Below, in pieces: positions 24,383 to 35,400 of a stretch of 64,000 bases of DNA. This stretch comes from Cirrosporium novae-zelandiae (taxonomy: Eukaryota). Each line of letters opens with the position of its first letter. The first letter of the stretch is position 1. The stretch spans positions 62,001-126,000 of the forward strand of contig JAPETS010000032.1 in NCBI GenBank assembly GCA_026023565.1. The letters run 5' to 3'. The translations under genes were made by a program, and so were the position numbers. The notes beneath the pieces are model-generated. The model searched no databases. It saw nothing but the letters and a program-made list of their open reading frames with translations, and was not told the origin of the DNA.

Positions 24383-25985
24383 ATGGCGAAGAGAGCAGCA
24401 GATGAATCTGAAGAGTTGGTCGGTGCTCTAAAAGGTGGAGATCGACCAGAAAATACCCCACCTCCCAATGAAGCAGAGGATTTCGAGGACGAGTTTGAGG
24501 ATGAATTTGAGAGTGATTCTGATGTTGTAGAGGCGGGCGTAGATGGAAGACCTGATGAGGAGAGAGAAGCAGAAGAGCAAAGGGGTACGTGGTTTATACC
24601 AGTAGCATTGTGGGCTTTTCACTGCTTGAAGATATGAAACTTTTGCTAATCTCCTTTCAGATGCAATGGACATGGATGAGCAGGTCTTCATGCCAGGAAG
24701 AACGAAGCTTGCACCTGGCGAGACATTATCACCCGACCCTTCTACCTATGAAATGCTACATACATTTACTACTACCTGGCCATGCCTATCTTTCGATATT
24801 GTACCCGACCAGCTAGGCAATGAGAGGAAAACCTTTCCCGCAACAGTATATGCGGTTGCAGGGACTCAAGCAGCAATGGGGAAAGAAAATGAAAATTCCT
24901 TAATGGTTATGAAGCTCAGCGGTCTCAGCAGAATGGATCATGAAGAAGAAGAATCTGATGACGACGATGATGAATATGATGAAGAACCCGGTCTAGATGC
25001 TAAAAATATTCCCCTACCCTCCACAGCGAATCGAGTACGAGTACATCAATTGCCCCCCAAAGACTCCTCCAAACCACCTATGACTCTAACCGCAACAATG
25101 ACCGAGTCATCAGATATTTTCATCCACGACATAACCCCTCAGCTCACCTCCTTCGACAACCCAGGAACAATTATTACCCCTAAACAGCAAAAAGCCCTCC
25201 ACACCATTCGCTCCCACAGATCTGAAGGCTATGCCTTGGACTGGTCTCCACTTTCACCCATAGGCAAACTTCTCACTGGAGACAACGACGGCAAGATTTT
25301 CATAACGACCCGAAAAGAAGGTGGCACCTTTTCCACAGACAACAAACCGTTCACAGGTCATTCTAGCAGTGTTGAAGACCTGCAATGGTCCCCCAATGAG
25401 CGCAATGTATTTTCCTCCTGTAGTAGTGATGGCACAGTTAAGATTTGGGACGCGCGCTCCAACTCCCGAAAATGTCAGGTCGATGTCCAGGTCAGCAACA
25501 CAGATGTAAATGTACTTTCCTGGTCTAATAAAACCGCCCATTTACTCGCCACTGGTGCCGATGATGGTCAATGGGCCGTCTGGGACCTCCGACAATGGAA
25601 ACCCAGTAGTGCTGGTTCCCGCTCTCCGACTCCATCACCCGTGGCATCATTCGATTTCCATAAAGAGCAAATCACCAGCATCGAATGGAATCCAAATGAT
25701 GATAGTATTATTGCGGTTGCGGCAGGAGATAATACCCTTACGTTGTGGGATTTGGCTGTGGAATTTGATGATGAGGAGAGCAAAGATACTGCGGGTGTGC
25801 AAGACGTTCCACCACAGTTGTTGTTTGTGCATTATATGGAGATGGTTAAGGAGTGTCATTGGCATAGGCAAATTCCAGGAACGGTGATGGGGACGGGAGG
25901 TGGAGGGTTTGGGTAAGCTTTTCGATTCCAGAGCATTTTTACCGACTAACTTTTATGAAGGGTATTCAAAACAATCAGTGTTTAG
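24383..25985 (+). CDS. RRB1: Ribosome assembly WD40 protein Rrb1 (GRWD1)
   Basis: MAKRAADE start. Motifs PDPSTYEMLH...WPCLSFDI, EGYALDWS, GHSSSVEDLQWSP and VPPQLLFVH, ending GF G|VFKTISV*. Introns at 24585-24660 and 25913-25960. Confidence 0.93.
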
Positions 25986-27151
25986 TACATGATGCCATTT
26001 CTTTGCATCTATTTTTTTTTACTAAGCAGGATCCAGAAAAAGAGTGAGAGTCAAAACCACGAATATGCATATTCACATCAATCATCATGCCAAAAATGTG
26101 ATTTCTAAAAATGAACATAACAATCTTGTCAATCAAATCCTAGATACCCCTTCTCAAAAGTTTCGTAACTTAAATGCCAAATGAATTAGTCTTTTACAGT
26201 CTTGAATTTCTATACTATTAACTCAACATCTACCCTTCAAAAAAACACCTTCATATTTACAAAATGTTCTTCTCTCAAGGGCTATTCCGAACCACGATAC
26301 TCCCGATCTTATCCACCAAGGTTCCAAGGACCCGAAATAAAAACGATACCAGTCACTTGTCGATCCTCGCACGTATAAAAGCATATTCTATAACTTCGTC
26401 GCCCTCGACTTTAAAACCCTAAGTATCCCTTCCTTCCCACAGACCCAACTAATCCGGGCTGATCTACTCACCTTCCACATATCAAATCTATCATCATATC
26501 CTTCCTATTATATTCTAGCTCTCTCCCTAGGCACGAACTTCCAAATCTCTTCTTTTCCCCGCCAACACACCAACCCCTAACTAACTCTCTCAAACTTATT
26601 GCCAGCAACAAAATCAAGCTCGACTGTCAAACCATCCAAGACCAACAACCACCACATCTCCCCCCACCGTACCACATAATCCAAAAGAGAACAAAAGCCA
26701 GGAACCCAGCTAGCTAGCCAGTCAAGAGGGCCATCAGCCATTCAAACAAACGCACCCCCTAGTCTATTCGAAAAGAAAATATCCCTGAGGTAATAAATAA
26801 TACACGCATGTATACGTACATACGCACACTAGCTTCGCAATTAATTAAATCAAAGAACCAAACACATCCATCTATCTAAAGAAAGCAAACCCAACTCGAC
26901 TCAACTTTTCTCGACGTGATTATTTACCAGTTGGTTGTCAGGAGAAAGGATCCGCTACGGTGTTTTACTTACAAACTGCGAACGATATCAATTCAATATT
27001 CAACATTCTCCTTGATACCAGCCAGATACGCGATAAATCTAAATCTAAACCTAAATTTAAACCAACCCCCCAAATCGAACCTTCACATCCACATCCACGC
27101 CACCAAAAAAACAAAACAAAAAAAACAACCATACCCCAACCCACCAACCCC

Positions 27152-27595
27152 ATGTCCCCCAAACCCTTCACCCTCTTCCCCTCCTCCTCCCCTTCCCTTC
27201 CAACCTACACCTCCTCCCAACACCTCCCCCCCCTGATTTCCTGGATCGCAGGCCGAACAGGCAAAAGCGGATTCCCGTTCACCAAGGGCGAGTATAAGAA
27301 ACGTAAGGAATTTTTGAGGAAGAGGTGGGAGAGGTGGGAGAGGAGCGGTGGATATTGGGGCAGGATCTGGGGGGTTAGGAAAAGTAATAGGGGGAAAGGG
27401 GAGGGGAAAAAGGGGGAGGAAGCTACTATAGTTGGGGCTGTGGCAGCGAATGGGAATGGAAATGTGGCGGAAGCAGTCCCTGCGCCGCCTGCTGGTGCGG
27501 TCGTGAAACCGGAAGAGGGGTTGGAGGTTGTGGGGGGTGGTGGAAGTGTGGATGGAACTGGAACTGGAGCTGGAGCGGGGAGAGCGGAGGGTTGA
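27152..27595 (+). CDS. Hypothetical 147-aa protein
   Basis: ATG at 27152 after a TATAAA (about 26374) and a long C/A-rich leader. The core LISWIAGRTGKSGFPFTKGEYKKRKEFLRKRWERW is less biased than the low-complexity flanks. Confidence 0.3.
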   Translation: MSPKPFTLFPSSSPSLPTYTSSQHLPPLISWIAGRTGKSGFPFTKGEYKKRKEFLRKRWERWERSGGYWGRIWGVRKSNRGKGEGKKGEEATIVGAVAANGNGNVAEAVPAPPAGAVVKPEEGLEVVGGGGSVDGTGTGAGAGRAEG

Positions 27596-28169
27596 CCTGC
27601 TTGGTTATTGATATTGATATTGACATTAATACCAATCCACCCCGCTCGGTCTGTTGGTCGTTAGATGTTACAATCACTATGAATCAAATCAATCTCAATC
27701 ACAGATTGAGTTTATCTACTTATCTACCTGCCTCCTTAACTAATTAACGAACAAAGGTGTCAAATGGCCCTTATGCTTCATAGCCTTATACCCTTATACT
27801 CTCATACACGGTAAATGGTAAATAAATATACATATGAAATCCCAAAACTAGGTTTGATTCTGTTCTATTTATTTCTGTTTCCGTTTCCTGGGATATTTTG
27901 AGCTTAACGGTTGATGGTGATAGGAATTTGTGTTTCTACTTCTTCCCCCCCTCTCTCTCACCCTCTCTCTCACTCCCATCCCTCTTCTCAAAATCCCCCA
28001 ATCCAATCCAATCCAATCCAATCCAACATCCATCCCCCACCCCCTAATCCAGAAACAAAAAAAATAACAAAAGAAATCGATTTTTTTAAAATCCCTTTTA
28101 TTTCTTCATTACTTTTTTCTTCTTTTTTGAGGATTTTGAGGAGGCGTTTTGGGAAGGGGTTTTTTGTAA

Positions 28170-28745
28170 AGGGTTTGGATTAGGGGGAGGTGGATTTGGG
28201 GTGTTGGGTTATGTGGGTTGCGGGTTGTGGTTTGGGATATGCGGTTAGGATTAGGGGATCGGGGGGTTATGGGTGGTGGATTTGGGGTGGTTGATTTGAG
28301 GGTTGGATTAAGGGTTGGATTGGGGGTGTTGGATTGAAAGTATTAGATTAAGGGTGTTGGGTTGTATGGGTTGTAAATTGTAGATTGTAGGTTGTGATTT
28401 GTAGGTTATAGATTATGGATTATGGGTTGTAGGTGTTGGGTTGAAAGTATTGGAGTTATAGGTTATAGATTGTAGGTTGTAGGTTGTGTAATTGCAGGTT
28501 GTGTAGTTGTAGATTGTATAGTTGTAGGTTGTATAATTGTGGTTTATAGGTTGTAGATTATAGGCTGTAGGTATTAGGTTAAAAGTATTAAATTAAAAAT
28601 ATTGGATTGAGGGTATTAGGGTTATAGGTCATGGATTATGGGTTATGGATTGTGGATTGTATGATTTAGGATATATAATTTGGGATATGTAGTTTGGAAT
28701 GTATGGTTTAGGATGTGTAGATTATGGATTTGTGGGTTGTGGTTT
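28170..28745. repeat. G/T-rich degenerate satellite (about 7-bp TTGTAGG/TTATAGG units plus longer GGTGTTGGRTTGAAAGTATT units)
   Basis: The + strand is nearly C-free over about 570 bp. Related longer units start near 28324, 28432 and 28570. Confidence 0.8.
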
Positions 28746-28787
28746 TTTTTGTTCTCTCCTGTGGATTGCTAGGTGGGTATATGTTCA

Positions 28788-28947
28788 TTAAGTCTCGGGG
28801 TGTGGCCGTATAGATGCAGGCGTAACTGCGGTATGGTAGTCATATGAATTGGGGTTGTTGTGTTCATTATTTATTGGAGCTTAAGTCCAGGAGTGTGTGA
28901 CTGTGGTAGATGCAGGCGTACTCGAGTAACTGCGGTAGGGTAGCCAT
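28788..28947. repeat. Imperfect direct repeat pair of about 60 bp
   Basis: TTAAGTC...TAGATGCAGGCGTA[CTCGAGTA]ACTGCGGTA.GGTAG.CAT occurs at 28788-28843 and 28881-28947. Confidence 0.8.
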
Positions 28948-29102
28948 GCTTGGGGCTGTGTGGATTGTCTGGGGCGTAGAATGGCTCCAATAGCCTATAA
29001 CAGATTCTACATATTTACCAGGGAAAAGTTTTTTTAAAGGCGGGGATTTTCCTCTTCACGCTGCAACAACGCATCGGACGTAAACCCAAGGGTTATATAA
29101 CT

Positions 29103-30432
29103 ATGGCTACGACTATAACGAGGAGAAATGGCAATGGGTCGGGGCGTCCCGACCAGCTTGAATCTCTATGTATGTGGATAAATCGATATGTTATGGGTTT
29201 CTTCTGCTCAGAAGATGAGCGTAATGCTGACTGACATAACAAAAATGCAGACCCTACATCCAATCCCAAAGATGTGCTCGCCCCCTATTGGGCGAGAGCC
29301 GTGACTGACCGAGAGATGCTGAATCAGACCTTGATCAAGATTGCCAACCAATTCTTAGATTTGGATGAGTTCATGCTTAACGCACTGATGAAGTATTATT
29401 CAGACAGCGACAAGAAACTGTTCGCCTCTGAGCACATAAATAACTCCAAGGGACTTAAATTGCTACAAGAGGAAATTAAAGATATTCATGATGGTCGGTA
29501 TGGGTTTGATCAAGATTATCTGAAGAATAAGATGAGGTCGGGGTTCATAATTGCAAATCTTGATAAAAGCAAACTGGAAAATTATGTATATCATGTCGGG
29601 ACAAATAGTAGGATTAACTTATTTCATACCATAGCTCCCTTGTATCCACAGTTAGCCCATGCCGCCGCTGAAGACAGAGGCGTGATCGACTCGGAGACGT
29701 GGGATATTATCGACAGGAAATTATCTTCTATAGATACCATTTACGACTCTCCGAAATTCCAGCACATACGCCATGAAGGAGATATGACATGGTGATTTTT
29801 GAAGGCTTTCCTGTCCTTTGAAGTAGACTACTGACGAATATAAAATCTCTAGGTTGAAAACATGGCGGAAAATCAAGATTGCGCGCCGGCGGATTGAGAA
29901 AGCGTATGAGAAACATAGCTCAGAGGTCATTGGAAGGCAGGCCAGGAACGTTTATGTAGGTTTTACCCCTGATGATGTTAATCACAGTCACATTGGTTGA
30001 TATAATCTAATTTGCGTTGAAATATAGTGGGCGACGACCCTCACCGCCCTCACAGTTATCACCTCTTTCGCCTGCACTGTTCCATTCTTCCTCGGCTGGC
30101 AGTATTCGGGGCATGCTCCAGGAACAAATAAAGAGGCCAATTTCTGGTTCCTCGTTCAGAGTTTTATGATGCAAGCACTAGCCTTGGGAACGATGACCCT
30201 ACCCATATGGCAAGGCGCGAATCCCCATGGACAGGATAGATTCTGGATCTGGGCCTGGGTGATAGCAGCAGCAGTATGTACGGGTTTAGAGTTGCCATTG
30301 TATCTGTATACCCCGACCGAATATAGCTCTCTTGCAGCATTTGCGGCAGCTATTGCACAGGCTTTCGTCGCTATCCATGTGTCTTTAGCTGCGACGCCCA
30401 AGAATGAGGCTCAAAAGCAAAAAAACGTATAA
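29103..30432 (+). CDS. Orphan 371-aa protein with C-terminal multi-pass membrane region; 4 exons (29103-29169, 29251-29791, 29853-29955, 30028-30432)
   Basis: Three GT..AG introns each have a CTRAY branch site and join in frame (1116 nt). The last exon has about four hydrophobic segments (LTALTVITSFACTVPFFLGW, NFWFLVQSFMMQALALG, FWIWAWVIAAAVCTGL, LAAFAAAIAQAFVAIHV). Confidence 0.7.
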
Positions 30433-31479
30433 ATGGTAGTTGGGGAGATATTCTAGAAGGCGATGGGACGTCATGCTTATCTTTCATATATGTACCAAGG
30501 GTCGACATCCTATAGGGAATCTATTAAGGGATTTGGAGAGGTGTGTAAATCTCTCATAATTTTAGATGGGCCTTTTCAATTCCCTCTCTTCTTATTTTCT
30601 ATTTTTTTTGGATCTGAGTCAGATAAATGAGATGTCAGCCTCGATGATCTCTATCTCGCATAAGGCAAATTGTACTCAGCATATATCTGTCAAATGCTGC
30701 AGGTGACAAGAGGTTGAAAGATTAGACTTAATCCTTCAAGGATAACTTGTACGGCAAACTTGTAAGCAAAAACTAATCTGGCTGTACATAGAAAGAGCTT
30801 TTGCTTTCAATCCATGTCAATCATGATCCATGCTGACTAGATCTCGTAAATCTTGTATTATCAATCAGTGAGAGATTATTTCTTCATTTCAGCTGTTGTC
30901 ATAAGCAAACAAGACTAGTAGTCAGTTAACAATTATTGAACCAAATAAACTGAAACTGAAAATGGAGTTGAAGCGGATTGAATAGACCTGTATGCACGGA
31001 CTAGATGACCTAACCCTATTCCAATAATGATTCCCATCCCATTTAAAAGGCCAAGCAGATAATTCAGATATCGAAGAGCCAAGGAGCTATGTGTTAGATA
31101 TCGAAACAAATCAGCAAATAAAGTTAGCGAAAGAAAATAAAAAAAACATAGAGATTAAACACTGACGATGACATCGTACATTTCTATAATTAATGGACTT
31201 ACTCTAAGTATAGCACAATGTCTAGCTTTGAAGGCTTACATTCTTCAGACATGAGTAGGTTACGAGTAACCTAGTAACCCCATATATATAAGTGGAGATA
31301 GCGCAACTCACCAGATAGCATGCCTACCTATATTGTGCTACTAGGAGTTTGATATGCTCTATTTCTATCAGCAGGCCTCCTAAGTGCCATGAGCACATTA
31401 TAATCCAAGCGCATCCAAGAACAGATTAGCTTCAGGGAAGAGCGAGTTGGAACAGAAGATGGGTTGAATATTTTCCGTC

Positions 31480-32423
31480 TTGTTATATGCATCTGTTCTT
31501 TTCGGAGGCATTTGTTCTAGTCAGGCGGGCTGTTGTACGATGCGTGTAGTATGTACTGTACAGTACAATCCGAAACCGCTGCTTCTTCCAGGCTCTGTTG
31601 TCCTGGTGGCGGTTATCGTGCTGACCACTGTCTGTATCAAGTGATAACAGCTCGTGCTCACTTTCGGGACTACCGATGGGGCCTCGTGGTCTTTATTTGG
31701 GCGGCTAACTTGATGACGGATATTGGTTTCTGCATGGTCGACTGATGTTACTGGAATACTCGTAATGGCTGAGCTTATTCCTGATATCATGTTTTCCCTT
31801 CCCTTTGAAAAGCTTGTACCTCAGATCGGTTTCAGGTTGGTAATCTACATGATTGAATTCATTTGTCCTTGGTTTTTGCCTTCCCATCGTCATCATGCGG
31901 GATCGTCCCCACCAATTCACTCGGTTCGCTGGCAAGCCAACTTCTCCTTATCTAACGATATCGGTTTCCTTCTAGCCATTGTTAGCATATTCATCATAGA
32001 GATCACCGTCATCATAACTCCTGTCTACGTGATTTATTTGTGTCCTCCCTAAAGATGTATCGGATTCTCTCTCCTATCAACTGCTTGCCGTCTTCAACAC
32101 CGTACAGATCCCTGGTTGTATATTGCCTGATTTCCTTGTAGATCACCTCGAAGAATTTAGCAGTAATTCTTGCCAGTTTTGCCACGACATTATCATTCTC
32201 GTCATCGGGCTAAAAGCCCAGAACATCACCGCCATAGGTTCCTTTGTGTTTCTTTTTGGTCTTGGCCGCTCGACTCGCTGATGGCCTACCGTATGTGGAT
32301 CAGTTCTGTCAAACATAACCCTTTGAGTATATCCTCACAACGTATCTTTACTTGATCTAGAAGCCTCGTAACAATCCCCTTAAAGGATTTCTCTTTAACG
32401 CTGGGGAATGAGGAAGAGGACAT
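31480..32423 (-). pseudogene. Unidentified decayed coding sequence
   Basis: Protein-like stretches (MSSSSFPSVKEKSFKGIVTRLLDQVKD; DDENDNVVAKLARITAKFFEVIYKEIRQY...GERIRYIFRED; PRTNEFNHVDYQPETDLRYKLFK) are broken by isolated TAG/TAA/TGA stops and frame switches. Confidence 0.3.
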
Positions 32424-35400
32424 TTTTGACGACTGATTACTTTCAGTGGAAAGATCTACTTGTTATTTCGATCTTATTCGTTCTAGGATTGCTGGGGTGC
32501 GCATGAAGTTTAGGATGGTGTTCTGACAAGGAGAAATGGCATTTGAATCTCCATGTTTGTTAAGACACAAAATGAAGGTCAAAAGCATATCAGACATTGT
32601 AATTCGAAGGAAGAGTTGTCCCTGGGTCTCATATTAGTTAATAAAGTAGTCTAAACTGTAAACGTCAAGTTGTGAAGCAATCTCCTAGGATTCCCTAGAC
32701 AATATCAACATCAATCTAAAGATGATGCATATGAATCTACACATTAACACCCGTTGGGAAATGTGTTTTCGTCGTAAGTCTCACTGTTCGTTCACTAACC
32801 ATCTTGTATGTCCGTTATTCATAATAGAATAGATCCAGTGGCATTTATACCTCTCAGGATGCTCATATAAGCACCTTGATGGAAGCACTGCCAGAGCTAC
32901 TTTGCTATTTATCAACCTCTAATCTTTCTCATGATGATGACCTAAGCTCACAAAACACCGAATTGTTAGTATTCTCGGCACATGATAATTTTGGTGGATC
33001 GTTATTCTACCATGACGAAGCGCAAACTTGTTTTTGAGGAACCCACAGTAAGCCGCATCTGAGACTAGTAGAGAGTCTTGGAAAGGGACAATAGAGAAAG
33101 CAAGAATTTCCTTAAGATTTAATATCACTGAACGGCTGTTGATTCCGGAAATAAGTCTGAGTTTGGCTTTGAGTTTCTTGAGACCCCCAAAGGATGGAAT
33201 GCAAGGAAGCTGACATTAAGGGAATGTGAAGACACAAAGGAGACATTGATCGGGGATATAGCCCAAGTAGTCTCAGTAAGGTTGAATTGGAGGGATGAAC
33301 GATTCCGGAAATCCTACACAACGACATAGGCTTCCTTAGTAGACTCCACGTGGGATATGATAAGGAAGATAAGACGTTGGACGAGGTTAGCATGATAAAC
33401 AATGATATGGACGGACTCAGGGGTTAGAGGTAGGCCTGGTCAATTTGACCCACTAGAGATCAGCATTAAGAAGGTGGTAAATGAATAATGCCTGAATAAT
33501 GTCTCGCAAGTCACAAATTGATTTGAGATGATTTGTCCGGTCGAAAGGTTTTTTTTCTGTTAAGCCAAGAGAGGGATGAAGTTAGCAGCCACAGAGGGTA
33601 AAAGGCAGGCATTAAACCGCCGTTAGATATTTTAGGGTGACAATAGGAAATGTACTGTGTTGATCGTAAATTAACATGGGGATGAAAAAGCTGGGGAAAA
33701 GGCACCAGGGCACAAGGATAAGGCATGGGGGGGGGATAGGGCAGGGTTAAGACCCTTGCAGGAGCCGGGAAAGCCGGGGAAACCGAGAATTTTGTGTGGG
33801 GATTTGGGGATTCCCATTGCAGTTAATATCTCTTCTTTTGTTTCCACCAGTGTCACTTGTTCGTGGCCTTTGCCAATCAAACAATTATAGAAAAAAGTCA
33901 AAAAGAAATTCGAAATTCGAGAATCCCTCAAATTACATATTAATCTTTAGAATTCAACAATCCAGGGTGAAGTGGTTATGATTGGCATATTATCATCATT
34001 CTAAACCTTGTCTATATCCTATTTTGTATCCTTTAGATAATGAAATCTTACATCTTGCATCAAGTATCAGGCATCAGGCATCTAGTATCTAGCATCTGCT
34101 GTGGGATTTTATCACCTATCGATACGAAACACCGCCCCACAAAACACGAATGCCGAAGAGAAAGAGAAAAAAAGGAAAGAGACGACTAGACTAGAATGAT
34201 TCTTTGTTATGCTTCGGTGTGTGGCTTGCCCGAGAATCCGGAAGTACTTTTCCCAAGTCAAAAAGAAGATGACCAATGAGGAATTCATTTGCTGACGACT
34301 ATGCGTGGTTTTCTTATCCCGAAACTATGTTACAGCGCATGCCCAAGATAAAGGATCGGTAAATACGGGAAAGGTTGGATAGGCCGGCCTTACACCTTCA
34401 ATACCCAAGTCATGTGCTTCCCTCTGGGCGAGTTGACTTCCAGACTTCTTTAACTAGTATAGATCAACTTCGAGAGACATGATTAGTGCCACCTTCAGCT
34501 TGCCGCAATGGGTAGAGTGTAGTATCTTGTACAATAAATTAGTAACGATAAATTAATTGAGTAGGGGAAGGCGGGAAGCTTAAAATCTGAAATTGTCAAC
34601 GTTGAAGTCTATAACAGCTGTGTACCGGGTACCGTGTATTGTGTACTATGTAATTACTGTATACAGTGTACTGAACCTGGAAAGTCACGACAATCTCGAC
34701 CCTCGACTGTTTCTCAGTCTCTCTCGGTCTTTCTGTCTTTGTCCCTGTCTTTTGCCACGGCTCACCTTCAAAAGAGTGCCGTTATCCTTAATTTTCCAGG
34801 CCAACTTCGCCTTGTTACTTTGTCATTGTGTCATCATCATCTTCACCATCATCTTCACTCTCATCGTCTTGAGCCAACCCCATCAAATTAATTATATCCT
34901 TGATTCCTGACCAATAGTAAAATATTAGCGAGAGCATACCACGTGCATACGTAACGTAGAACCAAATATCTCATCCCCATCTCTTTAATTATTTTTTATT
35001 TTTTTTAGATTTCTCTTCTTTCGTTTCATCATTTTCTTATAGGCTTCCAAGACGGCTCGGCCTCTGTAAAAGTTGTAAGCTGTGGATTTGTGGACTTGGC
35101 AATCACTTGTGGCTAGGATGCAGGTGAATGGCATCATCATGCAGTAAGTTGTAGGAAGAAAGAAGGAATTGGACAGCTGCGTGTCATGTGGATTTGATTT
35201 AGGATGAGCTTCCTTGAATTCCCTCCAATGATTAATTTGACGCTTTTCATGATTTGGGTCATATTCCGACGCTAAAGCAAAGCCCGTCGTCGTAACCCGC
35301 GAACCCCAGATTTTCGCATCTGCTTTTCCCTCATCCTTGTCCATCCTTGTCCTTCCTTGTCCTGCCGTCCCCTTTGCCTTTCTTTGTCTCTCTTTGTCCT

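Noticed and set aside
28170..28745. Interstitial telomere or CRISPR-like array
   Set aside because: There is no tandem TTAGGG run and no constant repeat with unique spacers.
32050..32200. Resemblance of GERIRYIFRE to the dynamin GGARIxxIF motif
   Set aside because: The match is too short, and no GTPase motifs are nearby.
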